From a virus (lineage: Duplodnaviria > Caudoviricetes), in IMG/VR virus record IMGVR_UViG_3300028186_000155: DNA of 64,000 nt; one strand, given 5' to 3'. A program made the position numbers and the translations under genes. How positions within the stretch are numbered: the stretch's first letter is position 1; each line of letters begins with the position of its first letter. Shown in pieces: positions 1-9,696 of the stretch. Under the pieces are notes generated by a model. That model did not search any database and was not told the DNA's origin. It worked only from the letters and a program-made list of their open reading frames with translations.

Positions 1-206
1 CCTCCGTTAATTTTCATCATCAGGCGATCCCACAGATCGCGTGGCCGGTCGTGGCTGCTGAATTCAACATAGCGCACTTCGTCCAGCCCGAATTTTGCCA
101 CGGTGCCAACTTCCACGTCTTCGATTGCGTGGGTCATTGCGGTGGCGATGTTTTGGCCGATTTTTGGTTCAAATCGACCGTCGCGAATTTCGTATGCTCG
201 TTCCAT
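1..206 (-). CDS. hypothetical protein, runs off the window's left edge (MERAYEIRDGRFEPKIGQNIATAM...)
   Basis: ATG at 206 with GAGGAAA RBS upstream; open to window edge; not in ORF track. Confidence 0.7.
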   Translation of the reverse strand, partial: MERAYEIRDGRFEPKIGQNIATAMTHAIEDVEVGTVAKFGLDEVRYVEFSSHDRPRDLWDRLMMKING

Positions 207-237
207 CTTTATTTCCTCGGTTTTCCTCAACTTACGG

Positions 238-972
238 TCAAGGGTGTTGCAGATGTAGTTCGTGTTTTTCCATAGGGCAGGCAAGGCCGGGATGGATCGA
301 TCCCATCATGTTCAGCATTTGCCCAGCGTAAAACGCACGGTAAATTTGTTGGTGCTCGATAGCGTTCAGCAGTTCAAAATCGTGGCCGAGATATTCGTTT
401 TCTTTGTAGCCAACGCTTTCCATCGCGGTGCGTACCCGGTCGGCGTGGTTCGTGATGCCCACCAAATCGGCGCCGTCGATGTAAATCAGGAATTGTTGGA
501 ACAGATCAGCAGCCAACGGCCCGTGTGGTTGCACCACGCTTTTCGGATTGGTCGCCCAGTCGTTAGGCAAGCTGCCAACGTCGGTTAACCACTGCGCGCA
601 TAGGCCCTCGATCTTGTTTACAGTTTCGTCCAGCTGCCTTTGCTTATCGACAGCACGGCGGGCGGATTCGGCTTCGCGTGCTGCGTACTCAGGCGATGCC
701 ACCCATTCGGCACGGCGTTTATCACTCATTTCCTGATACCGGGCGCACGCCTGTTCGACGGTATCCCCTCCGATCAAGGGCACGGACAAATCGTTGAATT
801 TGAGGAAGCCGCACGTGTTACCGTGGCCATGCAGTTTGGTTTTATACACCAGCTGCCCCAAAGCCGACGAAATAGCGTTGGAAATGTGCGAACCTGCATG
901 TGCAGCGAAGTAGTAAACGGATTTGCTGTTTTCTATCGCGTGGCGTTCGATGTATGCGTCTTGGCCCATCAT
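238..972 (-). CDS. hypothetical phage protein
   Basis: 244-aa ORF in a tightly packed minus-strand array. Confidence 0.8.
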   Translation of the reverse strand: MMGQDAYIERHAIENSKSVYYFAAHAGSHISNAISSALGQLVYKTKLHGHGNTCGFLKFNDLSVPLIGGDTVEQACARYQEMSDKRRAEWVASPEYAAREAESARRAVDKQRQLDETVNKIEGLCAQWLTDVGSLPNDWATNPKSVVQPHGPLAADLFQQFLIYIDGADLVGITNHADRVRTAMESVGYKENEYLGHDFELLNAIEHQQIYRAFYAGQMLNMMGSIHPGLACPMEKHELHLQHP

Positions 973-1169
973 CTGATTGGATTCCGTTGAAGGTCTATAC
1001 GAAGCGCTGCGTTTTTGCGGCGCTCTTCGAAGATTTCAAAACCGTGCTTCTCGCGGTGGTCGCCCAGCGGGAACCGAGAACCAGTTCGCTGCATGCGCAC
1101 TTCAGCCGCCTGCAAAATGGCTTTGACCACCGTGTCGTAAAATTCGTAATCTGCTTCGGCGCCGGTCAT
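969..1169 (-). CDS. hypothetical protein
   Basis: stop/start overlaps with both neighbours. Confidence 0.65.
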   Translation of the reverse strand: MTGAEADYEFYDTVVKAILQAAEVRMQRTGSRFPLGDHREKHGFEIFEERRKNAALRIDLQRNPIR

Positions 1170-1669
1170 TAATCCTCCACCGGAATTTCCATGATTTCGA
1201 AGTTGCGCAAATGGCCGTCAACCCCACGCTGTTTGTGGTAAACCTTGGCAGCGTAGGCCGTGACTTCATCCGGGCGCAAATACACAGGCAACCACGTGTG
1301 GAATTCTTCGGTTACGTCTTCAGGCCTTTGGTTCAGCCAGTCGCGGAAACTGCCTGCATCGACCCCCGGTTGGCGTTGCGGATATGCCACCAGAAAACCG
1401 CGATATTGCACATGCGGATCAGACGGGCAAAAACCATCAGCCTCACACGAAAGCAGCCACGCATATTCCCAATACTTGCGACGGTCTGCCGAGAACTTTT
1501 TGTGGGCCGGATCGTGCACCGTCATATCCAGCAAATAGCCTTCCGCCTGTTGCGCCAGTTCGATAAGTTCATCGACCGTCATTTCGCCCAGTTCACGGCG
1601 CAGCATTTTGAGGCGCAGCGGTTCCAGCGTGGTGATAAAACCTTTCTCTGCAATTGGCATTATTTCCAC
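1169..1669 (-). CDS. hypothetical protein
   Basis: coupled 166-aa ORF. Confidence 0.75.
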   Translation of the reverse strand: MEIMPIAEKGFITTLEPLRLKMLRRELGEMTVDELIELAQQAEGYLLDMTVHDPAHKKFSADRRKYWEYAWLLSCEADGFCPSDPHVQYRGFLVAYPQRQPGVDAGSFRDWLNQRPEDVTEEFHTWLPVYLRPDEVTAYAAKVYHKQRGVDGHLRNFEIMEIPVED

Positions 1670-2058
1670 CCGTATACTGCTGGATAAGAACCGCTGGTGA
1701 TGCGGCCCATTTCGTTGGCGTAATACAGAACAACCAGATCAGAACCCCATGAGGCTTCGAGGGCGTGAATCAGATTTACCAACGGCTCTTTCAGATGCTC
1801 ACGCAGCGCCCCGTTAGCATCAAACAGGAAATGGGCTACACGAATATGCTCTTCGGTTCCGCGCTGGCCTTCGGTGCCAATATCTTCCAGCCGGTAATCG
1901 GTGTAATACGGATCGAATTTCGTGGTGAACATGCCTTTGTGATCGAACAGGCTACAGAAATGACGCACCGTGTGACCACGCATTTCCTCAAGGCAGCTAC
2001 GGTCGCGCCGGTAATCGTCAAAATACGCAACAATTTCTTGTGGTGTTGGGACACTCAT
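1660..2058 (-). CDS. hypothetical protein
   Basis: coupled 132-aa ORF. Confidence 0.75.
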   Translation of the reverse strand: MSVPTPQEIVAYFDDYRRDRSCLEEMRGHTVRHFCSLFDHKGMFTTKFDPYYTDYRLEDIGTEGQRGTEEHIRVAHFLFDANGALREHLKEPLVNLIHALEASWGSDLVVLYYANEMGRITSGSYPAVYGWK

Positions 2059-2441
2059 TTGCGATTCCTTTTCGGCAAGATGCCGATGCTAAACGAAAAC
2101 GTCAGGCAGGTTATATTCCAGCAGCACGCTTTGACCACTGAATGTTCGATAAAACCGATTGCGAAAAGCTGGTTGTTGCGATTGCCTTTCGGGTCCGTGA
2201 TGTAGATCCACGTATGCGAGATTTTGAATCGCAAATAAAGCCTGCCGACCGCACCTTCAAGCGCCGGGTGATCAAGCGTGTGGCTGGCACAGGCAAACAT
2301 CATGTTTAGGCCCATAAACCCCATGAACACAACCCACCACCAGCTTTCCAGATGCTCATTCACAATCGAATAGGCGACAACGTGAATCAGCGTGATTGTC
2401 AGCCCGATTAAGATCAGCAAATTTCGAAACGTGCGATCCAT
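2055..2441 (-). CDS. putative membrane protein
   Basis: two N-terminal hydrophobic segments. Confidence 0.7.
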   Translation of the reverse strand: MDRTFRNLLILIGLTITLIHVVAYSIVNEHLESWWWVVFMGFMGLNMMFACASHTLDHPALEGAVGRLYLRFKISHTWIYITDPKGNRNNQLFAIGFIEHSVVKACCWNITCLTFSFSIGILPKRNRK

Positions 2442-2442
2442 T

Positions 2443-3324
2443 TTAGTCCTTGAGCGAAACCAGCTGAATTGCCAACGGATAACGATGGCCGTTAGTCACG
2501 TCAACAATGTGGCCATGCTTGATGTTTTCCAGCGCTTCGTCGTTGGCCAACAAAACGTCGCCGCAACTAATGGCTAGTGCGTGCATGTCGATGTTATTGC
2601 AATCGAGTACGCGCCGATCATCAGGCAGCAACAGCATAGCGGTAGTGAGCGCCGATTGTTCGTTCTCGCCAGTTACCGCGTTGAGCATCAGCGCATGCGT
2701 AAAGCCCCTGCGCCAGCTTACACGACGCCCCGACAGCGCAACCGGCAGGAAGCTACGGCCTGTCATCAGTCGGATGCGTGGGCCGGGCCGCTGTTCGTCT
2801 ACGGGCCGTTTGCCTTTGCGTGGTTTGGTGCCGACTGGGCGCATATCCACGCTGTTGACGTGAAACGACAGGGTGTAACCGAGGGCCAACATGCGGTCAA
2901 TAACCATCTGGTTAAACGCCATGTGATCGGCTGGCCACACAGTTGCAATGTTGCGGAATTGTGCGGGCCAAATCTTCAGGTAAGGCTCGCCCTTTTCGGC
3001 GTAGATTTGAACAAGGCGCGTTGCCAGATTTTCTACCAGCTTCGGCCATTGGTCTTCGGGAACATTCGTCACCGGAATTTTCGAGACGTAGACAGCAGCG
3101 GCCCCGATGTGGATTTTGTAGCCACGCTCGGTCAGGAATTCGCGCAAGGCCTGCTTGCCGGTATTCTTTACAATGTCGATCCCGAAATCGGTTGCCATTG
3201 CGTTCAGCTGCTGGCGCATGATGCGCAGCTTGGGATTTTCTGCTGCAACAAATTTGGCAATGACCGTCTCAGCGAAGTTGGTGAATTTCTCGCTGAATTC
3301 TACACGTGGCTTGTTAGTACGCAT
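2443..3324 (-). CDS. hypothetical basic multidomain protein
   Basis: start refined to MRTNK (ATG 3324, AGGA RBS upstream). Confidence 0.75.
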   Translation of the reverse strand: MRTNKPRVEFSEKFTNFAETVIAKFVAAENPKLRIMRQQLNAMATDFGIDIVKNTGKQALREFLTERGYKIHIGAAAVYVSKIPVTNVPEDQWPKLVENLATRLVQIYAEKGEPYLKIWPAQFRNIATVWPADHMAFNQMVIDRMLALGYTLSFHVNSVDMRPVGTKPRKGKRPVDEQRPGPRIRLMTGRSFLPVALSGRRVSWRRGFTHALMLNAVTGENEQSALTTAMLLLPDDRRVLDCNNIDMHALAISCGDVLLANDEALENIKHGHIVDVTNGHRYPLAIQLVSLKD

Positions 3325-3604
3325 CTTGCGTTTCCTTTCCTCGGTTTTTCTCGTAGATTTTAGTGTGCAGCCAACTTGCTGCAACTATGGCGATGGCGGC
3401 GCTGGTTCCAGAAATGAACGAATACCACCAATCCCCTTTAATGAAAATCATTGCGTAGTTGCCGACCGCCAGCACCTCAAACACGTTCATCATGTACGAC
3501 GTGGCGGCCATGCTAATCCAGTTGTTGTGCAGCACGTTTTTGTACTGGAACCCTTTCAGGAAAACTGAAATGAACGTGATGCAGAAAGCGGTGACATAAA
3601 TCAA
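3314..3604 (-). CDS. small 3-TM membrane protein
   Basis: hydrophobic helices; TTG start overlapping the upstream stop is inferred. Confidence 0.65.
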   Translation of the reverse strand: MIYVTAFCITFISVFLKGFQYKNVLHNNWISMAATSYMMNVFEVLAVGNYAMIFIKGDWWYSFISGTSAAIAIVAASWLHTKIYEKNRGKETQDAY

Positions 3605-3921
3605 GATTTCCGTTTCCTTTTCTTGGGCAATGGCAGCCCGTGCGCCCGGCAAATAATCTGCATCAGCGAGTCACCGGGTTTCACCAAACCAGCTTCTGCA
3701 AACTGGTCGTAATTGTCGAGCAAACGATGCTTGAAAACGTTAATGGCCTTGCTGCGCGCATTTTCGCGATCCTGCTTCAAGTTCCACAGGTCGTCTTCGG
3801 TTTCCTGTTCGACGCGCTGCGCCCAGCTTTTACGCTTTGGCTTGGTCGGTGCGTAATGCGTGCAACCCATGCCAAGGCTGTTTGCAACGCGCATCATCAT
3901 GCCACCAAATGCGCCGCCCAT
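3601..3921 (-). CDS. hypothetical protein
   Basis: coupled ORF. Confidence 0.7.
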   Translation of the reverse strand: MGGAFGGMMMRVANSLGMGCTHYAPTKPKRKSWAQRVEQETEDDLWNLKQDRENARSKAINVFKHRLLDNYDQFAEAGLVKPGDSLMQIICRAHGLPLPKKRKRKS

Positions 3922-4346
3922 TACAGCATGCCTTCGGGCAGTTTGATCGGGTAGGTTGCGCAGTGGTCATACGGCGCAGGAAACTCGATAGCCGGGTGCC
4001 AGTAGCCTCTGCCGTCAATGCCCGGCTGGCGGTTCGCGTTGAGCCATTCCAGCGCCCTTGTTTCCATGTGGTGCACGTTGGTGCTGATGATGCCCACGTT
4101 AACCGACTCATGGCCCCCTTCGGTCAGAACACAAACCGAGAAAATACCGACACAAACCAGCCCGCCGTATTGGCACATTTGCCAACTCAAATCGGGGTCA
4201 GCAAACAGCACAGGTTCCGGGCAATAGTTCTGGCGGAATTCGTGCAGAAAATCTTCCAGCTTTTCACCATCCGGGCCAAAGCCCTTTTTGATCGGCAGCC
4301 GGTGGATATCGTAAGTCAGGCTAAACGAATCAATTACAGTCGGCAT
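3921..4346 (-). CDS. hypothetical protein
   Basis: coupled ORF. Confidence 0.75.
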   Translation of the reverse strand: MPTVIDSFSLTYDIHRLPIKKGFGPDGEKLEDFLHEFRQNYCPEPVLFADPDLSWQMCQYGGLVCVGIFSVCVLTEGGHESVNVGIISTNVHHMETRALEWLNANRQPGIDGRGYWHPAIEFPAPYDHCATYPIKLPEGML

Positions 4347-4748
4347 TTATTCATCCTCGCCAGTGCCGGGGATATCGCCGCATTCCTCTTCGGCGCAATC
4401 CTCACATTCGATTTGATCGACGCGCACACCGTGTTTACAGGTTTGTTCCTCGGCACAGTCGTCGCAGTCGCGAGGATCACGCAGGTGGCCGCACAGTTCC
4501 GATTCAGGGCCGACAGGGTGCCAGTGGTTGAAATCGCGCTGGGCTTCAGCCTGTTCGATCAGGCGGTCAGCGCGGGCGCCACATTCGTGACATTCCGATT
4601 CGTAGACGCCGTGCTCGCAATGGCTATCGTCATCGCATTCGGCGCGCATTTTCTGCTCTTCGATTTCGTCGCAGGTTTCGCAGTAATCGTCATCGTTTTT
4701 GAGGACGACGCCATGTTTGCAGGTGTAGGTATTTTGGTCAGCAGACAT
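4347..4748 (-). CDS. acidic Cys/His-repeat protein (4x CxH...CxxC)
   Basis: CKHG..CETC, CEHG..CHEC, CGH..CDDC, CKHG..CEDC; very D/E rich. Confidence 0.75.
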   Translation of the reverse strand: MSADQNTYTCKHGVVLKNDDDYCETCDEIEEQKMRAECDDDSHCEHGVYESECHECGARADRLIEQAEAQRDFNHWHPVGPESELCGHLRDPRDCDDCAEEQTCKHGVRVDQIECEDCAEEECGDIPGTGEDE

Positions 4749-4776
4749 TGTAGATTCTCACACCGGTTTCATTTCC

Positions 4777-4800
4777 AATGGGCACCGCCTGATGCCCATT
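4777..4800 (-). promoter_or_regulatory. intercistronic hairpin family copy H0
   Basis: AAUGGGCAUC-AGGC-GGUGCCCAUU followed by UGAAAC. Confidence 0.55.
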
Positions 4801-4805
4801 AAAAA

Positions 4806-5009
4806 CTAGCTGGGGAGAATGTCTGTGTTTTCTTTTCGGAAGGCCTTCACATGCTGCTTGAAGGTTTTATTGACACGCCGTTCCAGTTCAGCGATTTCGT
4901 TGAACTCTTCGGCACCGTTGGCAAGATCGAAACTGCTACTGACCACATCGCGGGCGCCTTGCACCGCTTGGCCATTAAAGCTCGACAGATGATTGCGGAG
5001 ATTGTTCAT
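4806..5009 (-). CDS. hypothetical protein
   Basis: GAGGAAA RBS; 67 aa. Confidence 0.7.
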   Translation of the reverse strand: MNNLRNHLSSFNGQAVQGARDVVSSSFDLANGAEEFNEIAELERRVNKTFKQHVKAFRKENTDILPS

Positions 5010-5037
5010 AATTTCCTCGGTTTTTCCTCAGTGTTTC

Positions 5038-5481
5038 TCATTTGGTGTAGGTGCCGGTTCCGTATCGGCTTTCCCACCGGGTTTTCTTGCGGTTTTCCTC
5101 GGCCTCGGCAAAACGTGTTTCTGCCTCAGCAATGCGCTTGCGTTCCAGCGCCGTGTAACAACCCCGTTCCATCCGATTGCAGTAGCGCTGTGCCTGCCTC
5201 GCGGTGCGGAACATCCGGTGAAAGCTGATGGTCAGCATATCGTCGCTGATTAGGCTTTCAATCCACACCACGCGTTCACGCAGATTGTTTATGCCGCCCT
5301 CGGCACACTCAAAGCCCCATTGCGGTTTGTTGAAATACGGCGAATAGAACGGCTTAGGTCGGTTCAGGATGTTTACAGTATCGCACCACGCCACGTTTTT
5401 GCTCGGGTCCGAGTGTGGGAACACGAATGCATGGTAGACCGTTTTGCCCTGCCGGAAATCCTTTAAGCGAAGCTTGGCCAT
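5038..5481 (-). CDS. hypothetical protein, paralog family A
   Basis: DFRQGKTVY / FRTARQAQRYCNRM..GC motifs shared with 5485 and 6559 ORFs. Confidence 0.8.
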   Translation of the reverse strand: MAKLRLKDFRQGKTVYHAFVFPHSDPSKNVAWCDTVNILNRPKPFYSPYFNKPQWGFECAEGGINNLRERVVWIESLISDDMLTISFHRMFRTARQAQRYCNRMERGCYTALERKRIAEAETRFAEAEENRKKTRWESRYGTGTYTK

Positions 5482-5484
5482 TGT

Positions 5485-5904
5485 TCAATATCCGTATTGT
5501 TGCATGCGTTTGCGCATGATTTGTTCGAAGGTGCGTTGCTCGAAATGGGTCAGCTGGTGATTGTCCATTCGCGCCTTGTAGATTTCCGCATCTTCCCGAT
5601 TGGTAAAAGTGCGGCACAGGTTGTAGGTGTTCGGGATGATACCGGCGTCACGCAATGACATGTCGGTCACGACTTTGTTTCGCTTGCCGTCCCGGCGCAC
5701 GCCTACATGGTGCGCATACCAACGGTCGTTATTGAACAGCTTGGGCAGGCTGCGCACTTCGACCGTGGAAATTCGCGTGGGTTGTAGGCGGTCAAACGAC
5801 ACGCCCACGATGAACAGAATGGCGCCCGGCACAACATCCACCATGGTGGCCCTTGGGCCTTCCATATGGCGCGGCTGCTGGTAGAAACCGACGATATTAT
5901 TCAT
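5485..5904 (-). CDS. hypothetical protein, paralog family A
   Basis: DVVPGAILF / FTNREDAEIYKARM. Confidence 0.8.
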   Translation of the reverse strand: MNNIVGFYQQPRHMEGPRATMVDVVPGAILFIVGVSFDRLQPTRISTVEVRSLPKLFNNDRWYAHHVGVRRDGKRNKVVTDMSLRDAGIIPNTYNLCRTFTNREDAEIYKARMDNHQLTHFEQRTFEQIMRKRMQQYGY

Positions 5905-6562
5905 TTACAGTTTCCCCTACTTGCAGATGGCGCGGGAATTCGCGATTGCGCTTCACGGCCTCGGGGCTGAAATGTGTGTCGTACAGCGACGGCTTGCGCT
6001 CCAGCACCATATACAGATCAGCAATGTAATGCTCCAATTGATGATCAGGATATTTCGTTTTGTTCACCATCAGCTTACCGTTGATTTGGTAGGCCTTCGA
6101 AGCGAAACGCCACGTATGCGGCAGGGTATCGCCACCGCACAGCATTGCGTTGAATCCTACGGCCATCAGCAGCGGCCTTTGACCTTTGTCTGGATCTACG
6201 GGCAAGTTGGTTTCAACGTGCGTGAATTGCATGTCGAAGCGCTTGGCGTGATCTTCCATGATCGGCAGGGCTTCAGGCGGTGCCAAGAAGATAACGCGGT
6301 CAGTGCCTTCTGCGCTTTGGTGGAATGTGCGGCCCCGGTTGTCTAAGTATTCCTGTCCGTGATCAGGGCCATCCACGTTCGGAATGAAACCGCCGATGGA
6401 AATATACAGCTTTTGTTCTGCACCTTTGAACGGAACCAGCTTTTGCAGTTCAAGGCGCATCAGCTGATATGCCAGCACGTTGGCGTCGTGCAGTGTGTCG
6501 AGGTAGAAATTCAGCAGACGCTCGCCTTCGACTTCGTGAGTCAGCAAAAATGTTTTTCTCAT
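5897..6562 (-). CDS. hypothetical protein
   Basis: coupled 221-aa ORF. Confidence 0.8.
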   Translation of the reverse strand: MRKTFLLTHEVEGERLLNFYLDTLHDANVLAYQLMRLELQKLVPFKGAEQKLYISIGGFIPNVDGPDHGQEYLDNRGRTFHQSAEGTDRVIFLAPPEALPIMEDHAKRFDMQFTHVETNLPVDPDKGQRPLLMAVGFNAMLCGGDTLPHTWRFASKAYQINGKLMVNKTKYPDHQLEHYIADLYMVLERKPSLYDTHFSPEAVKRNREFPRHLQVGETVNE

Positions 6563-7050
6563 TGCGCATTCTCCACAGCGTTTTCAACTTCGTCGTAATA
6601 GGCAGCGGCTGCCTCTTCGTATTCCTGATCGCCATACATGCTATCAGATTCGTCCATCATTTCGCGCATGGCGCGGTAACGTGCGGCGCGTTCGTGCTCA
6701 ACCTTTGTCATGCACCCGCTGGCAATGCGGTCCATATGACGCTTGGCTGCGCTGTAGGAATTGAAGCAACCGTGATTGGTTTGCGGCCACAGTTTGTCAC
6801 CCGGCGCCTTAACGCCGAATGTGGTCAAAAAGAATTTATCCGGTTCCCAATTACCCCAAATCGTATTGCGGGTCATGGTAGGAACTACCACGCCGATATC
6901 GGTGTGCATGTAGGGTTTGCCGGTCACGAAATGTTTGGTGATCCAGCCTGCCCATTGTTCGCCTGCAACCGATTTGCACGACGGGTCAAAGGCGTGCACC
7001 GTGTAAACCGTGGCACCTTGGCGCAGATCGGAAAACTTCGTTTTACTCAT
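6559..7050 (-). CDS. hypothetical protein, paralog family A
   Basis: DLRQGATVY / FNSYSAAKRHMDRI..GC. Confidence 0.8.
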   Translation of the reverse strand: MSKTKFSDLRQGATVYTVHAFDPSCKSVAGEQWAGWITKHFVTGKPYMHTDIGVVVPTMTRNTIWGNWEPDKFFLTTFGVKAPGDKLWPQTNHGCFNSYSAAKRHMDRIASGCMTKVEHERAARYRAMREMMDESDSMYGDQEYEEAAAAYYDEVENAVENAQ

Positions 7051-7484
7051 TTCAAAATCCTTTGATTGGGCAGGTGAATTATCGCGCTGCTGTTTTCTTG
7101 CAGTAGCTCTTCAATGATTAGCCATTCGTCCCGGCGTTCGCGGTCGCCTTCGCATTCACTGTGCAGCGTAAACATGTAGGTGCCGCTCGGGTAATCGGGC
7201 CGGTACACTTGGATTTTCGTGATCCAGTAATCCCATACCACCAGCCCAACCTGAAACCCGGCGAACGGCAACAGAAATTCGGTTTTCCATGTCTCGTTGG
7301 CAAAGCGTACCGAACCATTTTTGGCTACGATGCGCTGGCCGTAATAAACGATACCGTCAGGCGATTTCGCGTCGGGGTCGCGCTTGGTGTTACGCACGTC
7401 GCGGATGTGGCCCCACTCTTTCAGCTGTTTGCACTTTTCCACTTCTTTGTCGTAATCAAGCGAAAAACCCGACGTGAAATTCAT
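7047..7484 (-). CDS. protein resembling the Mu-transposase C-terminal beta-barrel (no catalytic core)
   Basis: RIVAKNGSVRFANETW..LLPFAGFQVGLVVWDYWITKIQVY pattern. Confidence 0.5.
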   Translation of the reverse strand: MNFTSGFSLDYDKEVEKCKQLKEWGHIRDVRNTKRDPDAKSPDGIVYYGQRIVAKNGSVRFANETWKTEFLLPFAGFQVGLVVWDYWITKIQVYRPDYPSGTYMFTLHSECEGDRERRDEWLIIEELLQENSSAIIHLPNQRILK

Positions 7485-7486
7485 GA

Positions 7487-8194
7487 CTAGCCCTGCGGAT
7501 AATATTGCGGATTATTTGCCATGCACTCGGCAAACCATTCGAGGATCGCGCTGTACCGCTGCGCCGTGGTTTCCACACACTGCATCAGGCGTTCACGATC
7601 TTCAGCCACTGGCGCGTAAATGCCCGGCCAGTCGAAGCCTATTTCAGAGTACCGAATGGATCGGGAAAACCCGTTCAGGTGCACAACCGCAATCCGGTCT
7701 TTTTCCACGCGGAAAGATTCGACTTCCCACAGGCAATAGACGCGGAACTGGTCGCGCTCTGATCCAAGGTGGCCATGCGAGAAACGGTCTTCATGGGAAA
7801 GCACCTGTGCGGCCCGTGCAAGCGTTACAGACTCTTTGAGTTCTGGCGGGTAGCGGTCGGGCCATACGTGCCTGTAACAGCGCACAATCGGCTCACAGCG
7901 CGTCACAGCAGCCATGATGCTTTGCACTTCACGCAGCGTCGATTCTTCGTCGTACTCTTCGACAAACGCGCCAAAGAACTTTTGCAGTTCGCTAGGCGTA
8001 CCCTCGATAAACGATGCGCCGTAGAAGTTGAACGGGCTACCGGTGAAACCCGGTGCTTGGGCCAGCAGGTCTTTACGGTATTCGTACATGTGACCAACGT
8101 TCGAACTGAAAAAGCTGTGAGGCACACCGTCTTTGATCCAACCGCCCGCCGACAAATCGACAATGATTTTAGAGGTCATTCCACAGCCTCCCAC
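7487..8194 (-). CDS. hypothetical protein
   Basis: 235-aa ORF; start may be 8179. Confidence 0.75.
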   Translation of the reverse strand: MGGCGMTSKIIVDLSAGGWIKDGVPHSFFSSNVGHMYEYRKDLLAQAPGFTGSPFNFYGASFIEGTPSELQKFFGAFVEEYDEESTLREVQSIMAAVTRCEPIVRCYRHVWPDRYPPELKESVTLARAAQVLSHEDRFSHGHLGSERDQFRVYCLWEVESFRVEKDRIAVVHLNGFSRSIRYSEIGFDWPGIYAPVAEDRERLMQCVETTAQRYSAILEWFAECMANNPQYYPQG

Positions 8195-8496
8195 ACCATC
8201 ATATAACCCGGCAGGATATTCGCATAGCTGATGGCCGTCACGAATTCCAACAGCTTGACCACCGCTTGATGCACAGCCAATTTGCTGTCATAGCGGCTGT
8301 GCTGCGTGGCCTCGAAAACTAGCTGGTCGTAAAGCTGCTTGAACAGGTCTTGAAACATGCTCATAGGCATTTCGATTTTCTGGCCGGGCTGGATTTTGAA
8401 AGCCGCGTGGCCGGTGAATTTCGAAATCAGTTCGACTTCGGACGACGACAGCAGATTGCTGAATTTTTCTTGCGGGCATTGCAGTTGAAACATCAT
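8176..8496 (-). CDS. hypothetical protein
   Basis: GAGGAAA RBS. Confidence 0.75.
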   Translation of the reverse strand: MMFQLQCPQEKFSNLLSSSEVELISKFTGHAAFKIQPGQKIEMPMSMFQDLFKQLYDQLVFEATQHSRYDSKLAVHQAVVKLLEFVTAISYANILPGYMMVWEAVE

Positions 8497-8526
8497 GGCG
8501 ATTTCCTCAGTTTTTCCGTCGGTTGC

Positions 8527-8886
8527 TCAGTATGTCGCGTGGCGGGGCAACTCTTCAACTTTCCACACCAGCGGTTTCCATGGAACGAAATTCGCCCGCT
8601 CCATTTTATCCAGCAAGATCATTACCAGCAGCCCGGCCTGATAAATCTGTATCTTGTCAGCGGTTGTAACTGTTTTGCTGTCCAGCATGACGGCAAAGCC
8701 GTCGTGGGCATCGCGCAGCCAATGCATAAAGCTGGCGGCGGTGCAGGTCATTTGCTCGCCGGAATCAAGCGTAAACGGAGTTTTCACAGGCTGGTTTTTC
8801 GGAGGCCGTGCGAACTTGCAAACCTGCGCGTATTGCTCGGCGGTCCAGATGGAAAGTACCTTGCCGTCTGCGTCTACCAATTGCAT
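8527..8886 (-). CDS. hypothetical protein
   Basis: coupled ORF. Confidence 0.7.
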   Translation of the reverse strand: MQLVDADGKVLSIWTAEQYAQVCKFARPPKNQPVKTPFTLDSGEQMTCTAASFMHWLRDAHDGFAVMLDSKTVTTADKIQIYQAGLLVMILLDKMERANFVPWKPLVWKVEELPRHATY

Positions 8887-9236
8887 TATTCAACCCCGTC
8901 AAATTGTCGTGCTGCACTCGACAGCAGTTCTTTGATTTCCGCAGCTGGGCGCGTGTAGTCCAGCGGCACGAATTCTTCGCCTTTCAACACGGTGCATTCA
9001 ACTGTGACTTTTACGCCTACTTCCATGCGCTCCAGTTCGCGCTTGTAATGCCCTTGGCCCCGGATGAATTCGGCGGCATGCCAAACGTTGCCATTGGTGG
9101 TCATACCCGAAGGCATCACCACACCGTAGCCGGGCCAGTACAGAATGTTTACAGTTCTGTCTTTGACCTGCCCAACCTTGACGGTGACGGTGCCGATCAG
9201 GTGTTCCCGCGTTTTGTCGATTGGTTTATTTGCCAT
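8886..9236 (-). CDS. hypothetical protein
   Basis: start refined to MANKPID. Confidence 0.7.
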   Translation of the reverse strand: MANKPIDKTREHLIGTVTVKVGQVKDRTVNILYWPGYGVVMPSGMTTNGNVWHAAEFIRGQGHYKRELERMEVGVKVTVECTVLKGEEFVPLDYTRPAAEIKELLSSAARQFDGVE

Positions 9237-9696
9237 CGGGAACCGCCCTGATTTCGTCAGGCGTGTAAACCACACCGAATTTTTCTTGAACGTGCAACAT
9301 TGCGCAGGCCATGATTGCCGCCTGAATCGCAGTGGCGGCCCCGGTGTGGTGTTCTGACTTCTGCACCTGCACCCGCACACTATGTTCGTCATTCGACGCA
9401 GCCACATAACGTTGGCCACCAATCGTTTCGAATTTCGTGCTGATATTCAGCAGCGATTGCACAGCCATGGTATCCACGCCAGTGCGGAATGGATCGAACG
9501 TGGTTGGGCAGCGGTTATCGAACTTCACGTGTGGCAGCGGTTTAATCGGGCGATACATACAGCCGATTTCCGTGTCGTTCTCATAACGCCATTCACCATC
9601 GGGGAAAGGCTCGTAACCCAGCATCTTTGCCAGTTGAACCGAAACCGGATTGGTCGTTTGGGTTTTGATGAACGTAAAGGAGGTGAATTTTTTCAC
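9226..9696 (-). CDS. hypothetical protein, possible phage ABA-sandwich-like domain
   Basis: LAKMLGY..FDP...DTMAV...AIQAAIM pattern. Confidence 0.55.
   Translation of the reverse strand: MKKFTSFTFIKTQTTNPVSVQLAKMLGYEPFPDGEWRYENDTEIGCMYRPIKPLPHVKFDNRCPTTFDPFRTGVDTMAVQSLLNISTKFETIGGQRYVAASNDEHSVRVQVQKSEHHTGAATAIQAAIMACAMLHVQEKFGVVYTPDEIRAVPDGK

Noticed and set aside
7047-7484. Active transposon/IS
   Set aside because: No DDE core, inverted repeats or target-site duplication
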